DNA of 64,000 nucleotides, taken from NCBI GenBank assembly GCA_951406725.2, contig OX597827.1:22072001-22136000 (forward strand). The letters run 5' to 3'. This document shows positions 50,175 to 62,272 of this stretch, piece by piece. Below the pieces are notes generated by a model. It did not search any database and was not told the DNA's origin. It worked only from the letters and a program-made list of their open reading frames with translations. Numbering within the stretch: the first letter of the stretch is position 1; every line of letters begins with the position of its first letter. This DNA is from Octopus vulgaris (lineage: Eukaryota). A program made the translations under genes and the position numbers.

Positions 50175-50178
<4 letters not shown>
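49990..50178 (-). mobile_element. 5' end of the RTE-related element (second copy)
   Basis: colinear with ~46855-47043 and starts at the same nucleotide, after a microsatellite. Confidence 0.75.
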
Positions 50179-50224
<46 letters not shown>

Positions 50225-50257
50225 TATAAAATTTGTGATAAAGTTTTCAAATCAACT

Positions 50258-50935
50258 TTTGGCACAAGGCCAGCGGCTTTTGAGAGGAGGAGAAATTGAT
50301 TACATCGATCCCAGTAATTGACTGGTTCTTATTTTATCGACCGCGGAAAGAGGAAAAGCAAAGTCGACTTCGGCAGAATTTGATCTCAGAACGTAAAGAC
50401 GGACGAAATACCTAGTTCTTTACTACCCACAGAGAGGACAAACAAGGACAGACAAACGGATTAAGTCGATCATATCGACCCCAGTGCTTAACTGGTTCTT
50501 ATTTAATCGACTCCGAAAGAATGAAAGGTAAAGTCAACCTCGGCGGAAGTTGAACTCCGAACGTAGCTGCAGACGAAATACCTATTTCTTTATTACCTAC
50601 AAGGGGCTAAACACAGAGGGAACAAACAAGGACAGACATAGGTATTAAGTCGATTACACCGACCCCAGTTCGTAACTGGTACTTAATTTATCGACCCCGC
50701 AGACGAAATACCGCTAGGCATTTCGCCCGGCGTGCAAATATTCCTGCCAGCTCGCCGCCTTAGAAAGGATGAAAGGCAAAGTCGGCAGACGAAATACCTA
50801 TTTCTTTACTGCCCACAAGGGGCTAACACAGGAGGACAAACAAGGACAGACAAACGGATTAAGTCGGACGGACAAAATACCGCTAAGTGTTTTGTCCGGC
50901 GCGCTCACGATACTGCCAGCTCATCGCCTTTTTAT
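50258..50935 (-). mobile_element. Multimeric head-to-tail SINE family 1 array
   Basis: about four partial units; recurrent junction gacgaaatacc|ta.ttcttta. Confidence 0.85.
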
Positions 50936-51411
50936 AATTTGAAAGCATTTAATGCGTACACTTCAGATCTTACGCAGTATATAATAGGAAATACATCCTC
51001 TTAGTAACCCACTTTACTAGCCTAATTGCACACACACACACAGAACTATTTCCGTCAGTTGGTTCATATTTTGAAATATATTAACTGAAGAAAATCTTGC
51101 GTAAGGGGATGTACTTCCTATTGTATATTACGCAAAATCTGAAACGTACGTATTAAATTTTATAAAGATATCATTATTTGGTTTGACTAATTTTATTACA
51201 AAGTATACGACTTCATATAATGACAAAATAGCCTGTCCTGACATCATTTTTGCGGATTCCCTAACAAGATTCGGAGTAGTTTTTTTTTTTTTGTATTTGG
51301 CTTGAGTCGAAAATTCTGGTACCGTGCATTGTTTTTAAGCAAAACACGATATGTACGTATGTATGTATATGTATGTGTGTGTATATATGTATGTACGTAT
51401 ATATATGTATG

Positions 51412-51469
<58 letters not shown>

Positions 51470-51510
51470 ATATATCTATATATATATATATATAGGGGCA
51501 CCTACATGTG

Positions 51511-51709
51511 GACTCCTATCGCCTTTGATTCCTCATAACTTTGAGGAAAAAGGATATTTTTAATGAAATTTTCTACGAAGACCTTTCACGTGGTGCAGAT
51601 TGCAATTATATTGCAATGTAAAAAAAGGGGAAGAAAAATAACGGGTGCGCACACATACATACTGTCACACATCACATTTTACCAAAATTTCAAGTGACAT
51701 TTGGTATAC

Positions 51710-51749
<40 letters not shown>

Positions 51750-51901
51750 TGCATGTAAGTATGTATGTGTGAGCGCCCATTAATTTTTCTTTTTTGCATT
51801 AAATTCCAATATATTCGGAATCTACACCAACTGAGCAGAAAATTTCAATAGAAAGCATCCATTTGTTTTAAAGTTATGAGGAAACAAAGTCGACAGAGGG
51901 C
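51511..51901. mobile_element. Foldback DNA element with long imperfect inverted arms
   Basis: tcgcctttgattcctcataacttt vs aaagttatgaggaaacaaagtcga (22/24), plus inner inverted blocks. Confidence 0.72.
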
Positions 51902-52139
51902 ATATATATGTATATATATATACATATATATATATGCATGTGTGGATATGTGTACCTATATATAAGTACTAATGTATATTTAGGGCGTTCATACCTCTAA
52001 ACATACATGAAGTAAGAGTATATTGTATACACACTGGAAAATGGAGGGACGCCAGCGAAGAAGTGCTTGAAAAGGAGAATACCATTTATAAGTGGAGTAA
52101 AGAGGGAAGGAAACGTGACTAGGACATACGTATAAGCAT

Positions 52140-52419
52140 AGAGAGCAATGGATTGAGAGAGAGAGAAAGAAAGAGATAGAGAAAAGGAAGAAGAGAGAGA
52201 AAACGAGAGAAAGAGAGAAAGAAAAGGAGATACAGAGAGAGAAAGAAAGGAAAGGAGTGAGATAGAGAGAGAGAGAAAAAAGAAAAGGAGTGAGAGAGAG
52301 AGAGTGAGAGTGTAGAAAGGGAATAATTTAGTGAGAGACGGAGTGAAGTGACTGCAACATAAAAGATAACCTTAAAGAGGGCAGAATAGAAAGTGGGGCA
52401 ATCTTTTAGATAGATTAAG

Positions 52420-52450
<31 letters not shown>

Positions 52451-53884
52451 AGCGAAGAGGGGGGAACTGTGACGTGGTTGTTGTTGGTTAGTGTGAGAGA
52501 AGAAAGAGAGAGAGAGCGAGAGAGAAAGAAAGAAGGGTTTATAGAGAAAGAGAAGGTAGACGAAGACAGCTAGAACTTGAAATAGTGCGTGGGGAGAGGA
52601 AATAAAGAGATAAAGTAGAAAAACAGCAGAGAGAGAAAGAGATGAGAAGGAGAGATAAGAGTGAGAGAAGATAATACATAAGGGGTAAAAGTGGTAGTCA
52701 AGAGAAATTGTAGAAATATACAGTGAAAGAGAGAGAGAGAGAGAGAGAGAGAGACGGGTGCATTGGAGACACAGAGAGAGAAAGAGAGAATATTATGGTA
52801 GGAGAAGAGAGATAAGGTGAGAAGGAGTGAGTGAATGAGAGAAGAAAACAGTGACGGGAGTGATAGGAGGACTTAAAGAGAACAAATTTCAATGTGGAGG
52901 GGAACAAGTTGTTGCTAGATAGAGTAGGATGTAGTAGGAAAGGGAGAAAATAGAGGGAAGAGAATATAATGAAATAGTGAGACAGCAGAGGAGAAATAGA
53001 GAGTGGTAGAGAAGGAATTAGTGATAAAAGAGGAGGTGCAGAAAGAGAAGAGAGAGAGAGAGAGAGTAACGATGTATATAAGGTAAATGACAGAGAAAAG
53101 AGGAGAACAAGAGTTAGAGAAACGTAAGGCTGAGAGAGAGAATGACAGGAATAGAAAAAAAAAAAATAAAGGATTGAGTAAAGGTTATAGATAGAAATAA
53201 GAAGATGCAGATTGGAGATGTGAGTGAAGGTTATTGAGAATGTGTGAGAGAGAGAAGGAACGATTAAAAGGAATGTAGAGGGAGAATGTGTGAAAGGTAT
53301 AGATAGGGAGGGAGAGAGGGTTCTCCCTATTTCTGTGCGTGTGTGTGTGTGTGTGTTTGTATAAGTGTATAATATATATATATATATATATAATATATAT
53401 ATGTGTGTGTGTGTGTGTGGGTGTCTGAATTGTGTAATGTAAAGGGTATGAAAATGAGGAAGGTTCCTGCATGTAGGTAGTGAAGTATACAGTTATAAAA
53501 GGTAGGAGTAGGAAGAGGAAGGTTGCAGCAGGGAGGGAAAATAGAGAGGGAGTAAGGTAGAGATGGGGGGAGTAGTGAGTGGAGCGATTAAAGAAGGAAC
53601 AATCGAAGGTAGAAAGACTGTGGGATCGAGAGAGTGAGAGAGAGAGAGGGGAGAGAGAAGGGGAGGTGTAGGCTTGTGGGAAGAAGCTAGTAGGATGGAG
53701 AGCAACAGATTAAGTAGGATATGGAGGTGATAGAAAAATAAAGAGGAGCGAGATGTAAGAAATGGGCAAGATGGAGGAAATAAAGAAATAAATACGTTAG
53801 GGAGAAGGATTGATACTGAGAATTAAAATGTGAAGAAAGAGGATAAATAAGAAGTAACGGATGGAATAGATAGATAAAGTGATA

Positions 53885-53922
<38 letters not shown>

Positions 53923-55030
53923 GAGAATGAGGTCGAGAAGGAACAGAGACACGGAAGAAGTGAAACCTAGGAGGAAGGACATAACGAGGTCGAGAAGGAA
54001 CGGAGACAGGAATAGAACTTGAAAGAGAAGAGAAAGAGTAAAAGAGATGGGTGGGAAAGAGAGAGTAAGGTGGAATAGAGAAAATGAAACCCAAGTAGAA
54101 GAGAAATAGTGAAGGTTTACGCAGCAGGAGAGAATGAGGGAAGGAGAAAGGCAGGGGAGAAATGTAGGAAATAATAGAGAGAGAGAGAGAAAGATAAGAG
54201 AAACCCGAGAAAGGAGGGAGAGAGAGAAAGCGAAGGAGAAAATGGAAGAAAACAGTAGGATCAAAATAGAGAGAGAGAGAGAGCGAGCGAGAAAGATGAA
54301 GGAGATTAAGATAGACATGGTGACAGAGTGAAAAATAAAGTAAAGGAGGATTGAGCGAGGACGTAAAGAAAAAATGGGGAAGACATAGTGGGATCGAAAG
54401 TAAATGTGAGAGAGGAGGAAGGGAGAGAGAGTTAGAGGGAAAGAAGGTTATATAGTAGAGAGAGAGGGAGATGGAGAGAGAGAGAGAGAGAAAGGGACAA
54501 GGAGATAGAGTGAAAATGTGAGAAAGAGAAGGAAAATGGGTGAAGGCTGCGGGATCGGCATTGAAAATGAGAGAAAGAGAGAAGATATAAAGAAATATAG
54601 GGAGGAAGGGAGAAGAGAAAGCGAGTGAAAGAGTAAGAAATAAAGAGGGAAAGAAGAGGGAAGAAAAACAGGAAAAGACAGAGGGATCGAGAGTCAGAGA
54701 GGGGAAGATGGAGAGAAGACAAGAAAATAGGAAAAAAAAATGGGGAAGAGTAGAACAGGATCTAGAATGAGAGAGAGAGAGAGAGAGGAGCAGAAAAGAA
54801 ACATATAGGGAGTGAGAGGTGTAGAAATTGTAAGGGAGGAAAAAATAAAGAAAGACTAAGAGGAATGAGAGAAGGAACAAGGGGAGAATAGAGTGGGATC
54901 GAGACTGAGTGAAAGGAAGAGAGAGAGAGAGATAGGAAGACGCACACAGAGGGAAAATAAAAAGAATTATAGGGAGGAAGGGAGAGCAGGAGTGAGAAAG
55001 AGGGTGGGAGGGAGAGAGAAGAAGTGTGAG
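52140..55030. repeat. ~2.9-kb polypurine (GA-rich) low-complexity tract
   Basis: directly visible; interrupted by GT/TA microsatellites at ~53335-53420. Confidence 0.92.
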
Positions 55031-55829
55031 GGCAGAAACAATAAGTTCTCCCCCCTGACCTTGTACAATGCTTGCTCCCTCTTCCCTTAAACCTTTCGTC
55101 TCGGCCAAGGAAGGGGCATCACTACAAACAGTTGCTTGTTAAGGCCGGGTTTGCAAGGTGTGTGTGTGTGTATATAGGAAAACAACAGGAGACCCGAAGC
55201 ACAGGCAGTGCTTGATTAATAATAATAACAATAACAGCACCACTAGCAACCCTCATCATCATCATCAACATAGAAAGTAATACAGTGACAGCTCCTTCGC
55301 ATAGAGAAAAATAATTGTGTATATATATATATATATCTGTATCTATCTATCTATATATATATATATATATACACAAACGCACACTCATATAATAATAATA
55401 TATACATACATATGTATGTGTGTGTGTGTGGTTTAGTAAGCTAGCTATCTTCGTTTTATTTTCGCCCTTACAGCTTGGCTCCACCACATTTTCTGGGGTA
55501 AGTAACCTACATCGTTCAAACCTTTTTCTTGAGCCTTAAACGTTTTATAATTGCTGTTTGTTTGGCTTGCATTGCTTGTTTGAGTCTTGCCATTTATCTG
55601 ATTATTTCAATGTTCAGTGGTTTATAATATATATATATATATATAGATATAGATATATATATATAGAAACACACATATGTATATGCACACACACACATAA
55701 GCACATACTTACACACACATATATATATATATCCATATATACACAGAGTAAGAGAGAGAACGCCAAATAAATATGTATGTGTAAACCTTTGAAATTTTAA
55801 TATAGAAATGTGTGTGCGTGCGTGTTATA

Positions 55830-56390
55830 TATTTCTATCCTCTTTCACTTCACTCTCACTCTCCCTTTCTCATTCCTTTTCTGACTCTTTTTTTTTTCCA
55901 GCCACCATTTTCTCTCTCTCTCTTTCTCTCATAACTTTTCAGCCTTTCTCTTTCTCACTCTCTAATTACGTCTGTACCTCTTAGCCTTTATTTCTATCTA
56001 TCTGTCTCTCTTTCTCTGTCTATTTCTCCCATTCCCTCCACCTATGTCTATCTCATAGTCTTTCTCTCTTCACCTTCTCCACCTGTTTCATTACCTTCCT
56101 TTTCATAGCCTCTCTTTCTCCCCTCTCTCTTCTCATTCTTATTCCCTCTCTACCTCTCCCCTTGCTTCCTCCTTTTTTGTGTCTTATTTTTATTCCTTCC
56201 CTCCTGTTGATTCTTCTTGCCACCCCTCCTCCTCTCTCTCCCTATCCCTCTCACCTCTCTTTTACATTCTCACTAACTTTCTCTCGCTGCCACTGCTTCC
56301 CTCTCCCTCTTTCACCTCTCTCTCTTTCTGTATCTTTCATCCACCTCCTCCCCCTCTCTCGGCTGACTACGTGTCCTCCTCTTTCCCTTA
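55830..56390. repeat. Polypyrimidine (CT-rich) low-complexity tract
   Basis: directly visible. Confidence 0.9.
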
Positions 56391-56689
56391 CACGCACACA
56401 CACACATGTGTGTGTGTATGTAAGTATGTATGTATACACACGTTCATAATGATCGTATAAACATAACCATAAGCGTAAATTATATTCACACTTAAGTATA
56501 TGATGTAAACATATGGGTACCTGTGTGATTGTGTATGTATATATATTTGTATATATACACACATATACACATACACAAGTATGCGCGCGCGCACATTATT
56601 TAATAAATACAAAAGTTAGACTCTTTCACACACATAGATCCATGTAAATAAACACAGACATTAATGATGTCACACATACAAACACCTCA

Positions 56690-56822
56690 AAGGCTCCATC
56701 CGTTGTAATGTTAACGAGGAAGGGGCTCTCTTTTAAGGTCGTTTCTTGTTCCGCAATGGAGGCCGAGATTCCCGGATTTCACTTCCTAAAATGTCGTTTA
56801 CTGCCCTTGAAGAAGGTGTGAA
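56690..56822 (+). promoter_or_regulatory. Candidate promoter/first exon of an unidentified downstream gene
   Basis: non-repetitive and CpG-retaining; CACTTCC (ETS-type) and aatggaggc (YY1-like); ATGs at 56756 and 56791; AAG|gtgtga donor at 56816. Confidence 0.35.
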
Positions 56823-58924
56823 CGTCACATTTCCTTTCTTTTAGAAGTAAACTCTATCATGATCAAACCATATTATTATTATTATTATTAGAGTTGCTAA
56901 TGACACCAGCAACAGTGGAGTGTCGGATAAAATTCCTTGTATCTGCAACTTCGGATCCTGCCGAGATGCCTTTTCATTCTTCTATTTGACTTCTTCAGTT
57001 GATTGACAGACGCTCCATAAATCTTGTTGGTGTTGGTAATGTGTGTGACACTGTTCTGTCGTTATGTCTTTCAAAGTAAATAATACTTGGGGTTGCTTCT
57101 CAAAGGAATCCTGTGTCTTTTCATGCCATTGTTATAAACGATCGCCAAACCCTAAGCAAGCCCAACAAAAATCGTTCGGCTGTTAGACACCAGTATCAAT
57201 GGATACAATTACTCGACTGTTATTTTATACTGTCGACTCCGGAAGGATGAAAGGCAAAGTTGATCTCGGTAGAGTTTGAACTCAGAATATAAGGTGCCAC
57301 GATTACACACTGTCAAACAACTGTTTATATTTCATTCTACCAGAGTCGGTCACTGTATGCTCCCCCTTCAAATTGTGCAGTCTTGTCCATATCATAAATC
57401 ATTGTTATTAAAGGTAGAAACGGTAAGATGCAAGACGGGATTGGTAGACTTTGTAGATTGTCTGACTGCAATGTTTAGTTAGATTCCTTTCGTGTTGTGA
57501 GTTCAAATTTCACTGAGGCCAACTTCACATTCATCTGTCTGGTGTCAGTTAATTAAAGTACCAATCCAGTATCGGCACTACTCGCATATCTCTGACAATA
57601 TTGCTACTGTATACCCATATAATAAGGTTGTTAATATGAATAGAACCATTATAGAAGTCTAAAGCAAGTCATGAAGTCCTGCTCATTATCTAGAACTTTG
57701 CTGCTATACAGACACAGTAATATTACAGGTGTGAATGCAATGGTAACAGAAGGCGTTAGACATGACATTACAGTATTACTCGTATATCAGGGATTGTGTT
57801 GCCTCAGTAACATCCTGACTTAGATGATGACCTTGCAATATTTAGACACATTACTTTTTCTCTATATTTCAGCTGAGGTCAAATTTGCTTTCCATCTTTT
57901 CAAGGCGAATAAAATTACTGTTTGGACTAAAATCATCCTTGATCCAGCAGACTTATTTATGATCAAAGGCTCTCTTGTCCCTTTTAAGTACAGTATACCC
58001 AGTGTGATCTACGTAGGATTAGCCTACTGTTTCTAGCAGGTTCGTTATCTATGTTGTGCACTGTTGTGCTAAAGGGAGAAATAATTATTGTATACAGGCT
58101 GGCTAGTGTCTTAAACAAAAGAGAGTTTGCATTACATCATCTCTTTGCCTTTTCCCATCTTTTTACTTGGTAATGCCTTACATCAACATCACACAAATCT
58201 AATTTTCGTTATATATTGTGTTGCAACTTTTTTTTTATCTTACGGCTTCATGACAGGAGGAAGGGGACAGGGTGGAATAATGGTAGAAACAATCCATGGA
58301 CCATGTTGTGCCTTTCTTGTTTGGAGACTTGGTCCACTTACTTGCTACAGAGTGGTTACTGTCACCCAGAAGTCAGGTGATAGTGTTAAACTAGGCAAGA
58401 GGCCAAGCATAGCAACCCAAGAACAGGCTCATCCAATGACTACACTGTCTTTCCACTTGGCTTGAGTCACAGAACAGGCAGCTTTGAAAGAAGTGATTTA
58501 CTCAAAGTCTTATGGTCAACTAGAAACAGCTGTGGTAGAAGTGACTTAGCCAAGGTGCCATGTAGTAGTATTGAACCTAAAACCATGTGACTGCATGGAA
58601 CAAATCTCTTTAACACATGACCCTACATGCACCAAATTGTTGACTAATATTATTCAGAAAAACATGACTGTTTACATCTTATTTTACAGCCTCTTACTGC
58701 ATCTTTGTATCTAAAGCCTGGTTTTATGTTTTACAGATTTACAGCTAGGTGAACTATACCTCACCATGTTACCTATACACAGGTAGGTGGATTATATCTC
58801 CCCATGGTACTTATATACAGACACAAGTTGGAAGCACAGTATTGATGTATAGTTAGACTGTATGAGCAGGAAGGAAATTCCAGAAAGTAATAGTTCTGGG
58901 AAAGGAGAACCAGCTAAGCTGTAA

Positions 58925-59790
58925 TCATCATCATCATCGTTTAACGTCCGCTTTCCATGCTAGCATGGGTTGGACGGTTCAACTGGGGTCTGGGAAGCCC
59001 GAAGGCTGCACCAGGCCAGTCAGATCTGGCAGTGTTTCTACAGCTGGATGCCCTTCCTAACGCCAACCACTCCGTGAGTGTAGTGGGTGCTTTTTATGTG
59101 CCACCGACACAGGTGCCAGACGAGGCTGGCGAACGGCCACGCTTGGGTGGTGTTTTTTACGTGCCACCGGCACGGAGACCAGGCAAGGCTGGCACGGCCA
59201 CGATCGGATGGTGTTTGTTACGTGCCACCAGCACGGAGGCCAGTCGATGCGGTACTGACTACGGCCACGTTCGGATGGTTTTCTTATGTGCCACCGGCAC
59301 TGGTATCCCAAAACTACAAATTCCATTGATGTTCATCGATTTTGATTTGATTCTTTGTTTTTTTGATTTTCACTTGCCTCAACAGGTCTTCACAAGTAGA
59401 GTTATGTGTCCCAAGAAGGAAGGTATGCACAGGTGGACTGACTACGTCCCAGGAAGGGGCCATGGGTTATGGCCTCACTTGTCCTGCTGGGTCTTCTCGC
59501 GCACAGCATACTTCCAAAGGTCTCGGTCTCTGGTCATTTCCTCAGTGAGACCTAAAGAGCAAAGGTCGTTCTTCACCACCTCGTCCCAGGTTTTCCTGGG
59601 TCTACCTCTTCCACAGGTTCCCTCAACCGCTAGGGTGTGGAACTTTTTCACACAACTATCTTCATCCATTCTTACTACGTGTCCATACCAGCGTAGATGC
59701 CTCTCTTGCACACCACATCTGATGCTTCTTAGGTCCAACTTTTCTCTCAAGGCACTTATACTCTGTCGGGTATGAACACTGACATTACAT
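58925..59790 (-). mobile_element. 5'-truncated RTE LINE: ORF2 C-terminus, 3' UTR, (GAT)n tail
   Basis: REKLDLRSIRCGVQERHLRWYGHVVRMDEDSCVKK...GRGRPRKTWDEVV...RDRDLWK contiguous with the 3' UTR modules. Confidence 0.92.
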
Positions 59791-60399
59791 GTAAAGTGAA
59801 ATAAATTATTTTAGTGTAAAGGAGAAGAGTCCCATGTTTTAATTAAACGAGTTGTTAGAGAAAGATAAAGCAACAGAGAGATGGTTCCTGCCTGAAATCT
59901 TAAATTTCTCATCTTCTTCGCAATAAGATAATTTATTTTGCTTTGTGAATGTTTTCTGCCTGCAATTTGTTGGCGTAGATCACCACTGGTTCCTGGCTCT
60001 AAGCTCTTTTACATTTTCTTTAGTGCAGCCTGGTTTAATAGTTAGATATAGCAAAGATGGCAAATGTCAGAGAAGTGTGTGGTTTTGTGTTTTTTTAGTT
60101 CAGGAGCAGAGTCAGGTGTTGGAGTAAAAGGGTCAGAACTTGGTTAGGGGTTAGTGATTGTAGGTGTGTTGGTAATTGAAATCTAATAGGTTCCATGGAG
60201 TAGTGAAAGAATTAATACTGTAACCAAAGGTTTATTAATCAGATGGAGACGACCATGTTTCTGAATGTTGATGGACTAACAGTACTTTGGCTATACTCTA
60301 ACATAACTATCTGGCACTGTGGAGTACTTCAGATATATTAACAGTACTCTACTCTCCTAGAGTACTGCTGCATTCCTGTGTACTATTTCAGGTATGTCA

Positions 60400-60545
60400 T
60401 AGTACTCTTTGGGGTGTATCTGTTGAGTGATTGAGCTGTGAGTTTGACTGTCATAGATAGGAGGTCTGTTGGCCATCTCATTACCCTGCAGGACCTATTA
60501 CAATGGCCATCTATCAGTGGTCAGTATTGGTCCCCTCACCACTAT
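60400..60545. repeat. Unclassified dispersed repeat, second copy at ~62970-63110
   Basis: gattgagctg..agtttgactgtcatagata.gaggtc...tcagtggtcagt.ttggtcccctcaccac occurs twice. Confidence 0.75.
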
Positions 60546-62050
60546 GTCCTATTTTAGCTAGTATAGATTGTGTTAAAGACTACCACTTTATTATACAGTG
60601 GCATTTGTTTAGTGGTCAGGGATGATGGTCACATTTCAGAATATTATCTATCACTTGATCCATCAATGATGCACCTGTTCATTGCTCTTGTATCGTTAGG
60701 TTCCTGAACTCTTAATGTGAGGGTTGGACGTACTGCAGCAAGTGCTACTCAAATGTGGACATTACTGTCATGGTATTGGATATTTCAGGAATCAAGATTC
60801 TCAAGAACAAGTCTGTAAGCTGGCAACTTTGCAGCTGAAGGCAGATCCATGCTGAAAAGAATTTGTAATTTGGATTGAGCATCTGGTTTGGTCCTGATCT
60901 TATGGATAGGAATTGGGACAAGAAGATGGAAGTGGAAAGTGCTTGCATTGCCATGCTTTGCCCCAGAGAATGCCTGATTAGAATGGTATATTTGCTTTTT
61001 TTTATTTTGTGAACAATTCTATGATATTTGTGATTGATAGTTTGCAAGTATGCACTGAGATTCAGGAGAGATTTCTGCATGATGAATAGATGTTGTTGCC
61101 ATTTATCAGACATATATTTTCACAAGCCAACAATTCTACCTGAACTGGGATCCTGGGTGGACTGCCTATATCAAGGCCAGACATTACCAGATGCTGTCAT
61201 CTTTTTACTTATTGACATTGGGGTTTGTAGAATGTCAAAATAATAAGTTGTTTCAACATCATGTTTAACCCTTTCATTACCAACCTGGCTGAAACTGGCT
61301 CTGGTTCTGAGTACAATGTCTTCTCATTTCTCTCTCTCACCTTAATTCATCTTCCTTGATGGCCTCTGCCCTTCTTCTGTCCACTCCACTGTTCTGGTCC
61401 TGAACAAATAGACATTATAGAGCAGTGTGGGCCCTTTTTTTTTTGTTTTGTTTTGCAGTGAACAAAGCAACTATCCTTGTGTCGATGCTTTGAAAAAATG
61501 CCTCTGAGTACACTCTGCAAAGTGATTGAGAAACAGAGATTATGTTGGGTGGAGGGTGCCATCCAGGGTTGGAGAAGATTTGAAAACTTCTCTATTGTTG
61601 GTGTAAAGTGATTGCTAAAAGGATGGATATCCACTTGTGACAACCAAACTGAAATAAAATGTATGAGTGTGACCTGGTCCCTGATCCCTTCCAGGGTTCA
61701 GACCATGATGACTTGTTTGGCCCTTCCCAACATGGGAAGCAGTTGTGAAACATCGATGATAGCAACAACGATATATTTTCAAAGCTGAGTCACTATTTAG
61801 AAATTTCTTAATTCTCTTCCTCAGCCCAGATAAAAGCTCAGCCTTGAATTTATATTCTTCCACTCTACCAACTATGATACTACCATCCACTTTATCTATC
61901 ATCATCATCACTACCATGTAATGTCTACCTTTCCTTGCATGGAGTGGGTGGGGTCAGACAAAATTCTTTGAGGTAGATTTTCTGCAGCAGAATGCCCTCT
62001 CTGTTGCCAGCCTTCACCTGTTTTTGAAGTAAGGTAACATTTCCCTTGGT

Positions 62051-62253
62051 TTAAGGCAGTGAGCTGGCAGAATCGTTAGCACACCTGGCAAAATACTTTG
62101 TGGCATTTCATCTGTCTTAATGTTCTGAGTTCAAATTCCGCTGAAGTTGACTTTGGAGGTCAATAAAATAAGTACCAGTTGCGCACTGGGGTTGATGTAA
62201 TAAATTTATCCCCTTCCCTAGAATTTCTGGTCTTGTGCCAAAATTTGGAACCA
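62051..62253 (+). mobile_element. SINE family 1 variant with 12-bp TSD
   Basis: atttcccttggt at 62039-62050 and 62254-62265. Confidence 0.82.
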
Positions 62254-62272
62254 ATTTCCCTTGGTCCTTTAA

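Noticed and set aside
53687-55108. 473-aa ORF on the minus strand (longest in the window)
   Set aside because: S/L/F/P-rich translation of a CT-rich strand where stop codons are rare; no domain signal
58737-58782. Possible exon ttacag|ATTTAC...ACAG|gtaggt continuing the 56.8-kb candidate
   Set aside because: Overlaps a degenerate tandem duplication and the peptide is not recognisable
59086-59300. Repeat-spacer pattern resembling a CRISPR array
   Set aside because: The spacers are homologous to each other, the context is a eukaryotic LINE 3' UTR, and there are no cas genes
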